From the NCBI GenBank assembly GCA_964533495.1, contig CAZHJU010000014.1:2421-66420 (forward strand): a stretch of DNA of 64,000 nucleotides, read 5' to 3'. Numbering within the stretch: the stretch's first letter is position 1; every line of letters begins with the position of its first letter. This stretch comes from an uncultured Bordetella sp. (GTDB taxonomy: Bacteria > Pseudomonadota > Gammaproteobacteria > Burkholderiales > SG8-41). Made by a program: the position numbers and the translations under genes. This document shows, in pieces, positions 39,331 to 47,910 of this stretch. The notes under the pieces are model-generated. The model was not told the origin of the DNA. It saw only the letters and a list, made by a program, of their open reading frames with translations, and did not search any database.

Positions 39331-40299
39331 ATGGAATACACCACCCTCGGCCGCACCGGCCTCAAAGTCAGCGTCGCCGGCATCGGCTGCGGCGGCAGCA
39401 GCAAACTCGGACTGGCCGCGGGCCACGGCGAAGCGCACGCCGCCGGCATCGTGCGCCGCGCGCTCGATCTCGGCGTCAACCTGATCGACACCGCGTCGTA
39501 CTACGGCACCGAGGCCGCCGTCGGTGCCGCGATCCGCGGCCGGCCGCGCGACTCGCTGGTAATTTCCACCAAGCACAAGGTGTCGTCCCGCGACGGCGCG
39601 ATCATTCCCGTCGCCGACATCCTCGCCGGGCTCGACCGCTCGCTGCGCACGCTCGGCACCGACCACGTCGACGTCTTCTGCATGCACACCGTGCAGCCGC
39701 ACGAATACGACCGCGTGATGTCGGAAATCGTCCCGCCGCTGCTGCGCGAAAAAGAGAAGGGCAAGTTCCGCTTCCTCGGCATCACCGAATTCGCCGGGCG
39801 CGACCCGCGCCACGAATCGCTCGCCCGCGCGCTCGGCGACGACTGCTGGGACGTGATGATGATCGCCTTCCACATGCTCAACCAGAACGCGCGGCAGCGC
39901 GTGTTCCCGGGCACGCTGGAGCGCAACATCGGCACGCTGATCATGTTCGCCGTGCGCGCGATCTTCAGCACGCCGGGCCGGCTGCGGCAGGACATTGCCG
40001 CGCTGGTCGCCGCAGGCCGCCTGCCCGCGGCGCTGGCGCAAAAGGACAATCCGCTGGATTTCCTGCTCGGCGAAGACGGCGCGGACAGCCTGATCGAGGC
40101 CGCCTACCGCTACGCGCGGCACGAGCCCGGCGCCAACGTCGTGCTGTTCGGCACCGGCAACCCGGATCACGTCGAGCCCAACGTCCGCGCGATCCTCAAG
40201 CCGCCGCTGCGCGAATCCGACCGCGCGACCCTCGCCGAACTGTTCGGCGCGCTCGAGGGCGTGGGACTCGACGAGGTCAACCCGCTGCCGCAGCGCTGA
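39331..40299 (+). CDS. Aldo/keto reductase
   Basis: TTLGRTGLKVS..GIG, GVNLIDTASYYGTE, ISTK, SLRTLGTDHVD. Confidence 0.9.
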   Translation: MEYTTLGRTGLKVSVAGIGCGGSSKLGLAAGHGEAHAAGIVRRALDLGVNLIDTASYYGTEAAVGAAIRGRPRDSLVISTKHKVSSRDGAIIPVADILAGLDRSLRTLGTDHVDVFCMHTVQPHEYDRVMSEIVPPLLREKEKGKFRFLGITEFAGRDPRHESLARALGDDCWDVMMIAFHMLNQNARQRVFPGTLERNIGTLIMFAVRAIFSTPGRLRQDIAALVAAGRLPAALAQKDNPLDFLLGEDGADSLIEAAYRYARHEPGANVVLFGTGNPDHVEPNVRAILKPPLRESDRATLAELFGALEGVGLDEVNPLPQR

Positions 40300-40347
40300 G
40301 CCGCTAAGCCACGGACGCTGCCGGAAAAAGCCGGTAACGGACCGGCG

Positions 40348-41376
40348 TCAGGCTTTCGGAAAACGCGGCGTGGCGCGCAAATCGAAACCCGCGGTCAGCC
40401 GCAGATGCCCTGCGGCGTCGACCGCAAGCGCCTCGGGCGCCCCCGCCCCGGCGGCCAGCGCCGGCATCGCGTCCGCCCCCATCACCATCATCGCGGCGCC
40501 CAGGCCGTTGAGATCGGCGCCGCCGCGCGACACCAGGGTCACGCCGCGCAGGCCGCTGCTCGGATAGCCGGTGCGCGGATCGAGGATATGGTGGTAACGG
40601 CGGCCATCGCGCTCGAAAAACCGCTCATAATCGCCGGACGACGTCACCACGCCGTCGTTCATCTCCAGCACGCCGAGCAGCGACTCCGGATGCAGCGGAT
40701 CGCGGATGCCGACCCGCCACGGCCGCCCCTGCAACCGGCCGAGAGTCAGCACGTCGCCGCCGCCGTCGATCATCGCGTTGGCAATGCCGTGATACCGCAG
40801 GATCTGCAGTCCGGCCTGCAGGATGGGCAGCTTGGCGATGCCGCCGAGATCCAGGCGCATGCCGGGCCGCCTCAGGTAGGCCGTGCCCTGCCGCTCGTCC
40901 AGCACGACATCGCGGTAATCCACCAGCGCGCGCTGGCGCCGCAGCGCCTCCGCCGCGGGTGCGGCACCGCCGCCGCCCTCGAAACGCCAGCCGTCATAGG
41001 CCCCGACCGTGATGTCGAAGGCGCCGCCGCTGAGCTCCGACACCGAGCGGGCGCGCAGCAGCACGGCCATGACTTCGGGCGCGACCGCGACCGCATGGCG
41101 CCCGGCCGCGTGCTGCAAGGCGGCGACCGTGCTGTCCCCGCGGTAGCGGCTCATCAGCCTTTCGAGCCGCGCCATGCCCTCGAAAGCCGCCGCGAGAGCA
41201 TGGTCGGTTTCGCCGGGATGCATGCCTTCGGCGACGATGCCGATCCGCGTGCCCATCAGCGCGCGCGAACCGCGCCGCACCGCCGGGTCGGCGAACCGCG
41301 CAGGCACCAGCAATCCCGCGGCGACGAGGCTGAACCCGCCGATAAAGCGGCGGCGGCTGATGGCGCTGAAGGACAT
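40348..41376 (-). CDS. nosX: FAD:protein FMN transferase (ApbE/NosX)
   Basis: Tat motif SRRRFIG, LMGTRI, GAFDITVG, DLGGIAK, TSSGDYERF, YHHILDPRTG. True start at 41376 inside track ORF 40348..41865. Confidence 0.9.
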   Translation of the reverse strand: MSFSAISRRRFIGGFSLVAAGLLVPARFADPAVRRGSRALMGTRIGIVAEGMHPGETDHALAAAFEGMARLERLMSRYRGDSTVAALQHAAGRHAVAVAPEVMAVLLRARSVSELSGGAFDITVGAYDGWRFEGGGGAAPAAEALRRQRALVDYRDVVLDERQGTAYLRRPGMRLDLGGIAKLPILQAGLQILRYHGIANAMIDGGGDVLTLGRLQGRPWRVGIRDPLHPESLLGVLEMNDGVVTSSGDYERFFERDGRRYHHILDPRTGYPSSGLRGVTLVSRGGADLNGLGAAMMVMGADAMPALAAGAGAPEALAVDAAGHLRLTAGFDLRATPRFPKA

Positions 41377-41384
41377 GGCCGGGC

Positions 41385-41777
41385 TCAGCGCGACTGGGCC
41401 ACCATGAAATCGACGGCCGTCTTGACCTCGTCGTCGCTGAGCGAGGCGCTGCCGCCGCGCGGCGGCATCAGGCCTTTCGCGCCGGTATAGCCTTCGATCG
41501 CGTGCTTGTAGAGCACGTCGTTGCCCTGCGCGATGCGCGGGGCCCAATCCCCCTTGTCGCCGGGCTTGGGCGCGCCCGCCACCCCCGCCGCATGACACAG
41601 CGCGCAGGTCTTGCCGTACACGGACTTGCCGGCGGAATTGTCGGCGGCCACGGGCGCGGGCGGCGCGGCGGGAGCGGCAGCGGGCTTCGGCGCGGACGCC
41701 GGCGCCTGCTCCTGTCCTCCGCAGGCGGCCAGCGCGATGCCACAGGCGACCAGCAGGATTCCGTTTCTGAAGTTCAT
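41385..41777 (-). CDS. c5-type monoheme cytochrome c, predicted lipoprotein (NosC-like)
   Basis: AAGGAG RBS; MNFRNGILLVACGIALAAC lipobox; Ala/Pro linker; CALCH, GAP..GD...W.PR, MPPRGG. Confidence 0.88.
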   Translation of the reverse strand: MNFRNGILLVACGIALAACGGQEQAPASAPKPAAAPAAPPAPVAADNSAGKSVYGKTCALCHAAGVAGAPKPGDKGDWAPRIAQGNDVLYKHAIEGYTGAKGLMPPRGGSASLSDDEVKTAVDFMVAQSR

Positions 41778-41892
41778 GTCGTGCTCCTTGAAATATCGGG
41801 GTTGGCTTGGATTGATTCGGCTTGACTCGAATTGAATTGCGATTGACGACACCGGGCTTGCGCACTCCGGATGGAACGCATCCTATCCTTTA

Positions 41893-41915
41893 AAGATGCA
41901 TCACTTATGCATCTT
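41893..41915. promoter_or_regulatory. NsrR-type operator
   Basis: AAGATGCAT-CACTT-ATGCATCTT, a perfect 9-5-9 palindrome matching the GATGYAT-N5-ATRCATC NsrR consensus; nsrR lies at 50343-50783. Confidence 0.75.
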
Positions 41916-41926
41916 ATGAAGCTTGT

Positions 41927-41940
41927 TTGAGCCAGATCAA
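41927..41940. promoter_or_regulatory. FNR/DNR-type box upstream of nosZ
   Basis: TTGAG-CCAG-ATCAA (one mismatch to TTGAT-N4-ATCAA). A -10-like AACAAT at 41963-41968 would place the box centre near -41.5. Confidence 0.72.
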
Positions 41941-42015
41941 TATCCGCGGCGGCCGGCGCACGAACAATGGGTGCGTCAAACAGGAAATCCCAACCCACCC
42001 CGCAAAGGAACAGCC

Positions 42016-43950
42016 ATGGCTGAAAAATCCGGAAAAATCGAAAAACCCGAACCCCCGGCACCCGCAGGCATGGGACGCCGCCGCTTTCTCGGCACCGCCG
42101 CGGTTGCCGGCGCAGGGCTGGCCGCGCTGGCCGGCTGCAACGAAAAACCCGCCGCCGATGCCGGCAAGGGCGCCGCCTCCGCCGGCGGCACGCACGCCGC
42201 AGCGGGCGGCGTGCACCTCAAACCCGGCGAACTCGACAGCTACTACGGCCTGTGGAGCGGCGGCCACACCGGCGACGCCCGCATCATAGGCATTCCCTCC
42301 GGCCGTGAAATCCACCGCATCCCCTGCTTCAATCCCGACCCGCTGATCGGCTGGGGCATCACCAACGAGTCGAAAAAAATCATGGGCACGAAGCCCGACG
42401 GCAGCCTGAAATACACCGTCGCCGACACCCACCACGTGCACGCCTCCTACAAGGACGGCAACTACGACGGCCGCTACGCCTGGATCAACGACAAGATCAA
42501 CAGCCGCATCGCGCGCCTCCGCCTCGACTACTTCGTCTGCGACAAGATCACCGAACTGCCCAACGTGCAGGGCTTCCACGGCATCTTCCCGGACAAGCGC
42601 GATCCGGTGGACGAAAAAATCAACTACACGACGCGCGTGTTCTGCGGCGGCGAGTTCTCGATCCCGCTGCCCAACGCGCCGATCGAGGACCCGTCGAAGT
42701 ACCGCTCGCTGTTCAGCTGCGTCGATGCCGAATCGATGGAAGTGCGCTGGCAGGTGATGATCGACGGCAACTGCGACCTCACCGCGACCTCCTTCGACGG
42801 CAAGCTCGCGGCCACCAACCAGTACAACACCGAGATGGGCGCCAAGTACGAGGACATGATGTCGGCCGAGCGTGACGCCTGCCTCTTCTTCAACATCGCC
42901 CGCATCGAAGCCGCGGTGAAGGCCGGCAAATTCAGGACCATCGGGACGTCCAGGGTGCCGGTCGTCGACGGCACCGCCGAAGCCAACAAGGATGCCAGGA
43001 CCGCGCTCGTCGCCTATGTCTCGGTGCCGAAGAACCCGCACGGGGTCAACGCCAGCCCCGACGGCAAGTACTTCATCTGCGCCGGCAAGCTGTCGCCGAC
43101 CGCCACGGTCATCGAACTGTCCAGGGTGCTGGAATGGTTCGACGGCAAGCTGGAGAAAATCGACGATTCCATCGTCGCCGAGGTGGAACTGGGCCTTGGC
43201 CCGCTGCACACCGCCTTCGACGGCCGCGGCAACGCCTACACCACGCTGTTTCTCGACAGCCAGGTGGTCAAGTGGAACGTCGAGGCCGCCATCAAGTTCA
43301 CCAAGGGCGACAAGACGGCCAAATACGTGGTCGACCGCATCGACGTGCATTACCAGCCGGGACACATCAACGCCACCCAATCCGAAACCATGGCCGCCGA
43401 CGGCAAGTACCTCGCCGTGGGCTGCAAGTTCTCGAAGGATCGCTACCTGCCGGTCGGGCCGATGCACCCGGAGAACGAGCAGCTGATCGACATCTCCGGC
43501 GACAAGATGATCCTGCTCGCCGACCACCCGGTCCGCCCGGAGCCGCACGACTTCATCATCTTCAAGCGCGACCTGGTCAAACCGAAGCAGGTGTATGACA
43601 TCGATCACTCGCCGCTGGCGATCAAGGACGCCAAGGAGTCCGGGGTGTTCCGCCAGGGCAGGAAGGTCACGGTCAAGATGACCTCGCTCGCGCCGTCCTT
43701 CAGCCTGCGCGAATTCAAGCTCAAAAAAGGCGACGAGGTCACCCTGATCCTCACCAACCTCGACAAGATCGAGGATCTGTCCCACGGCTTCGCCATCCCG
43801 AACTACAACATCAACTTCGTGGTGAACCCGCAGGAAACCGCCTCGGTGACCTTCACCGCGGACAAGACCGGCGTGTTCTGGTGCTACTGCACGCATTTCT
43901 GCCACGCACTCCACCTGGAAATGCGCTCGCGGATGATCGTGGAAGCCTGA
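42016..43950 (+). CDS. nosZ: Nitrous-oxide reductase, clade I (Tat), with lipobox
   Basis: GRRRFLG Tat motif and LAGC; CuZ His motifs DTHH, GFHG, KNPHG, GPLHT, QPGH, EPHD; CuA HGF...CTHFCHALHLEM. Confidence 0.98.
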   Translation: MAEKSGKIEKPEPPAPAGMGRRRFLGTAAVAGAGLAALAGCNEKPAADAGKGAASAGGTHAAAGGVHLKPGELDSYYGLWSGGHTGDARIIGIPSGREIHRIPCFNPDPLIGWGITNESKKIMGTKPDGSLKYTVADTHHVHASYKDGNYDGRYAWINDKINSRIARLRLDYFVCDKITELPNVQGFHGIFPDKRDPVDEKINYTTRVFCGGEFSIPLPNAPIEDPSKYRSLFSCVDAESMEVRWQVMIDGNCDLTATSFDGKLAATNQYNTEMGAKYEDMMSAERDACLFFNIARIEAAVKAGKFRTIGTSRVPVVDGTAEANKDARTALVAYVSVPKNPHGVNASPDGKYFICAGKLSPTATVIELSRVLEWFDGKLEKIDDSIVAEVELGLGPLHTAFDGRGNAYTTLFLDSQVVKWNVEAAIKFTKGDKTAKYVVDRIDVHYQPGHINATQSETMAADGKYLAVGCKFSKDRYLPVGPMHPENEQLIDISGDKMILLADHPVRPEPHDFIIFKRDLVKPKQVYDIDHSPLAIKDAKESGVFRQGRKVTVKMTSLAPSFSLREFKLKKGDEVTLILTNLDKIEDLSHGFAIPNYNINFVVNPQETASVTFTADKTGVFWCYCTHFCHALHLEMRSRMIVEA

Positions 43951-43970
43951 GGGGGCACTTCCACATCGCA

Positions 43971-44008
43971 CGGCCGTGCGCGCCATACCGGCGCACGGCC
44001 GCTTTTTT
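43971..44008 (+). terminator. Terminator-like hairpin between nosZ and nosR
   Basis: CGGCCGTGCGC-N9-GCGCACGGCCG-C-TTTTTT ending 4 nt before the first nosR ATG. Confidence 0.7.
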
Positions 44009-44012
44009 GGCC

Positions 44013-46631
44013 ATGACCATGCACAGAATCCTCCCACGACTGCTCCTCGCCGCCGTGCTGCTGATGGCGGCCGGCGCGCGGGCGGCCGGCGGCGCCTACG
44101 AAGCCGAACTGCCCGCGGAAATCAACAGCGCGAAGAACCTCTGCGCAATGGTTCCCTGCGGCAGCGTGTTTCCGGGCGCCGCCTCCTTTTCCGAGCGCAA
44201 GGGCCGGCCGCCCTACGTCGAGGCCTACGGCGAGGCCGATGCCGCCGGCGCCAGGAAGCTGCTCGGCTACGTCATGCTGTCGACCGACATCACCGACACG
44301 CCGGCCTACTCCGGCAAGCCGGTGATCACCCTGATCGGCATGGACACCGAGGGGCGCTACACCGGCGTCAAGGTGCTCAAGCATTCCGAACCCATCCTGC
44401 TGCTCGGCATCCCCGAGTCGGCGCTCGATCAATTCAACGCCCAGTACATCGGCAAGTCGGTCAGGGACCGCATCGAAGTCGGCCCGGACCGCCCGTCCGA
44501 GGACGTGATCGGCGTCGACGCCATCTCCGGCGCCACCGTCACCGTCATCGCCCAGAACCAGGTGATGCATCTTTCCGGTTCGGCGGTGGCGCGGCAGACC
44601 GGCATCATCGCGCCGACGGTGCGGGAGCCCGCGCGATACCAGCTGCGCGGCGCGCGCCTCGGCTGGAACGAGCTGGTGAAGCTCGGCGCGGTGCAGCGGC
44701 TCCGGGTCATGCCCCAACAGGTCGGCCTCGAACGCGGCGCCGACCCTTTCATCGAGCTGTGGTTCGGCGATCTCAATCATCCGGACGTCGCCACGAGCCT
44801 GCTCGGCGCGCGCGGCTACGCCAACCTGCGCGCGAGCCTCGCCGAAGGCGATCACGCCCTGTTCGTGATCCGCACCGCCGGCAGGGAATCCTTCAAGGGA
44901 TCAGGCTTCGTGCGCGGCGGCCTCTACGACCGGGTGCAGGTCAAGCAGGGGGCCGACGCCTTCACCTTCCGCGATCTCGACGCCCTCAACCTCTACGGGC
45001 TCGAGGCCGAAGACGCGCCGCGCTACGACGAATCCGCGATCTTCATCATCCGCGGCGCCGGATTCTCCGCGGCCTACCCCTGGAAGCTCGCCTTCCTCGG
45101 CAACCGCGTCGACCGCGCCACCGGCCACCGCAGCTTCGCCGTGTTCGAATCCGGGCTCTGGCTCGACGCCGGCCTGCTCGCCGGCGGCCGCCCGAAGATC
45201 GAGAAGCCGGTCCCGCCGTGGCTGCGCATCTGGCGGGACCGTGCGCCGGAGATCGCCCTGTTCGTCACGCTGCTCGCCGGCGTCGCCGTGGTCTACGCCT
45301 TCCGCGAACGCCTCACCCGCATGTCCACCCACAAGAACAAGTGGCCGGTGAACGCGTTCAAATATTCGGCCTGGACCGTGAGCATCATCTGGATCGGTTT
45401 CGGCGTCATGGCGCAGCCGTCGATCACCCAGGTGCTCACCTGGTTCCACTCGCTGCTGTTCAAGTGGACCTGGTCGCTGTTCCTGTCCGATCCGTTCATC
45501 TTCGTGTTCTGGATCTTCATCATCGTCACCGTGTTCCTGTTCGGCCGCGGCCTGTTCTGCGGCTGGCTGTGCCCGTTCGGCTCGCTCTCGGAGATGATCT
45601 ACAAGGTCGGTGAAAAAATCGGCCTCAAGCGCTGGCAGCGCAAGCTGCCGCAGCGCGTGCACGACCGCCTGAAATGGGTCAAGTACGGCATCTTCTTCGG
45701 CCTGCTCGCGGTGTCGATGTTCTCGATGGCGCTGGCCGAGGTGCTGGCGGAAGTCGAGCCCTTCAAGACGACCTTCCTCGTCGGCATCGCCAACCGCGCC
45801 TGGCCGTACGGCCTGTTCGTGGCGGTCCTGCTGGGCCTTTCGCTGTTCATCGAGCGCCCGTACTGCAAGTACCTCTGCCCGCTGGGCGCCGCGCTGGCAA
45901 TGCCAAGCACCTTCCGCTGGTTCGGACTGCGCCGCAAGCAGGACTGCAACAGCTGCAAGGCCTGCGCCACCGGCTGCGGCTCGCTCGCCATCGATGCCGC
46001 CGGCCGCATCGACCACCGCGAATGCCTGCACTGCCTCGACTGCATGGTGCTCTACACCGACGTCACCGCCTGCCCGCCGCTGTCGCGCGAGCGCAAGCGC
46101 CGGGAGCGCGCCGGCCTCGCGCTGACGCCGATCGGCCGGGACGGCTACTACATCCCGATCCAGCCGGCGCCGGACGACGCCGCTGCGCGCAAGGCCGCCG
46201 CCGGACCGGATCCGCGCATGCCCACCGACCCGGTGCAGCTGCCCTACATGGAAAAAGCCGGCCTGGCGCGCTGGATCGCGCTCGAGGTGTACGAACACCT
46301 CTGGCCGTGGAGCGCCAAGGGCTGGCACGACCAGCGCGCGCTGCAGATCGCCGGCATTTCGCTCGCCGTCGCCGCCACCGTCGCCTGGCTGCTGGCGATC
46401 AGCGGCAACCTCTCCTCGGGCGCGATCATCGGCTGGTGGTTCGGCTGGAGCGTCTATGAAGTGCTGATCCGCCTGTCGGGACGGCGCTACGTCAAGGACG
46501 GCCCGTGGTGGAAGCGCAACTACCGCCATGCCGGCGTGATGGACATGCTCAGCTACGTCGCCTTCAAGAACCTGCTGATCGGCGCCACGCTGTTCCTGGC
46601 GCTGAAGGCGCTCGACATCCTACCCGGCTAA
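44013..46631 (+). CDS. nosR: NosR/NirI membrane Fe-S flavoprotein
   Basis: Signal/TM, FMN-binding DAISGATVT, CGWLCPFG, YCKYLCPLGA, CNSCKACATGC, ECLHCLDC. Start 44013 or 44019. Confidence 0.95.
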   Translation: MTMHRILPRLLLAAVLLMAAGARAAGGAYEAELPAEINSAKNLCAMVPCGSVFPGAASFSERKGRPPYVEAYGEADAAGARKLLGYVMLSTDITDTPAYSGKPVITLIGMDTEGRYTGVKVLKHSEPILLLGIPESALDQFNAQYIGKSVRDRIEVGPDRPSEDVIGVDAISGATVTVIAQNQVMHLSGSAVARQTGIIAPTVREPARYQLRGARLGWNELVKLGAVQRLRVMPQQVGLERGADPFIELWFGDLNHPDVATSLLGARGYANLRASLAEGDHALFVIRTAGRESFKGSGFVRGGLYDRVQVKQGADAFTFRDLDALNLYGLEAEDAPRYDESAIFIIRGAGFSAAYPWKLAFLGNRVDRATGHRSFAVFESGLWLDAGLLAGGRPKIEKPVPPWLRIWRDRAPEIALFVTLLAGVAVVYAFRERLTRMSTHKNKWPVNAFKYSAWTVSIIWIGFGVMAQPSITQVLTWFHSLLFKWTWSLFLSDPFIFVFWIFIIVTVFLFGRGLFCGWLCPFGSLSEMIYKVGEKIGLKRWQRKLPQRVHDRLKWVKYGIFFGLLAVSMFSMALAEVLAEVEPFKTTFLVGIANRAWPYGLFVAVLLGLSLFIERPYCKYLCPLGAALAMPSTFRWFGLRRKQDCNSCKACATGCGSLAIDAAGRIDHRECLHCLDCMVLYTDVTACPPLSRERKRRERAGLALTPIGRDGYYIPIQPAPDDAAARKAAAGPDPRMPTDPVQLPYMEKAGLARWIALEVYEHLWPWSAKGWHDQRALQIAGISLAVAATVAWLLAISGNLSSGAIIGWWFGWSVYEVLIRLSGRRYVKDGPWWKRNYRHAGVMDMLSYVAFKNLLIGATLFLALKALDILPG

Positions 46632-46632
46632 A

Positions 46633-47910
46633 ATGCAAAAAATAATTAATAATCAAATACTTATAGTATCGTTCGCAGCGGCACTGCTCGCCGCCACGGG
46701 CGCCGCCGCCGCCACCCTCAACATCGCCCCCGGCAGCGACCTGCAGCAGGCGATCGCGCAGGCCCGGGCCGGCGACGTGCTCGAAATCGGGCGCGGCCTC
46801 TACACCGGCAATTTCCGCATCGACAAGCCGCTCACGCTGCGCGGCGTCGGGCGGCCGACGATCAGCGGCGGCCTGACCGGCAGCACGCTCACCGTCGAGG
46901 CGCCCGACGTCACCGTCGAGAACGTCATCGTGCGCGACTCCGGCGACAGCCTGAAGAACCAGAACGCCGGCATCTACGTGCGCCCCGGCGCGCACCGCTT
47001 CGCGCTGCGCAACTCCGACCTCACCTACAACCTGTTCGGGCTGTGGATCGAAAAGGCCGACGACGTCGTCATCGAGCGCAACATCATCACCGGCAAGCGC
47101 GACTACAATTCGCCGCTGCGCGGCAACGGCATCCAGCTCTACAACACCACCGGTGCGCGCATCATCGGCAACAACATCGGCTTCGTGCGCGATGCGCTCT
47201 ACGTCGACGTCTCCCACCGGGCGGTGTTCCGCGGCAACAGGCTCCACCACAGCCGCTATGGCACCCACTACATGAACTCCTACCACAACCTGTGGGAGGA
47301 CAACGACAGCTACGCCAACCGCGGCGGCCTCGCGCTGATGGAGGTGCGCGACCAGGTCATCCGCAACAACCGCGCCTGGAACAACAGCGACCACGGCATC
47401 ATGCTGCGCACGCTGCAGGACTCGCTGGTCGAGGGCAACGTCATCGCGGGCAACAACCGCGGTTTCTTCATCTACGACGTCGAATACGCCACGCTGCGCG
47501 GCAACCTCGTCATCAACAACCGGGTCGGCGTGCACCTCTCCGCCGGCTCCACCCGCAACAGCGTCGAGCGCAACGACTTCATCGCCAACCGCGAGCAGGT
47601 GCGCTACGTCGGCGCGAAGGACGAGGCGTGGGGCGTGAAGGAGGGCAACTACTGGGGCAACTATCTCGGCTGGGACAGCGACGGCGACGGCCGCGGCGAC
47701 CAGCCCTACGAAGCCAACGACATCGTCGACCGCCTTCTGTGGCGCCACCCGGGCGCGCGGCTGCTGATGGCAAGCCCGGCGATCCAGGCCCTGCGCCTGG
47801 CCGCGCAGCAGTTCCCGCTGCTGCGCGTGCCCACGGTCGTCGACAGACATCCGCGCATGCGCCCGCACAATCCCGACTGGAGCCGCTGGCATGGCCGCAT
47901 CACCGACTGA
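46633..47910 (+). CDS. nosD: NosD periplasmic copper-insertion protein (beta-helix)
   Basis: GNGIQLYN, HSRYGTHYM, GNYW..Y.GWD.DGDG.GD.PY, LLMASPA. Confidence 0.96.
   Translation: MQKIINNQILIVSFAAALLAATGAAAATLNIAPGSDLQQAIAQARAGDVLEIGRGLYTGNFRIDKPLTLRGVGRPTISGGLTGSTLTVEAPDVTVENVIVRDSGDSLKNQNAGIYVRPGAHRFALRNSDLTYNLFGLWIEKADDVVIERNIITGKRDYNSPLRGNGIQLYNTTGARIIGNNIGFVRDALYVDVSHRAVFRGNRLHHSRYGTHYMNSYHNLWEDNDSYANRGGLALMEVRDQVIRNNRAWNNSDHGIMLRTLQDSLVEGNVIAGNNRGFFIYDVEYATLRGNLVINNRVGVHLSAGSTRNSVERNDFIANREQVRYVGAKDEAWGVKEGNYWGNYLGWDSDGDGRGDQPYEANDIVDRLLWRHPGARLLMASPAIQALRLAAQQFPLLRVPTVVDRHPRMRPHNPDWSRWHGRITD
46651..46663 (+). promoter_or_regulatory. IHF consensus site AATCAAATACTTA within nosD codons 7-11
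   Basis: Perfect consensus, identical to 16463-16475, preceded by AAAAAATAATT. Confidence 0.65.

Noticed and set aside
40348-41865. 505-aa ORF suggesting a long NosX fusion
   Set aside because: The N-terminal part overlaps the cytochrome c gene in another frame; the true start at 41376 has a Tat signal.
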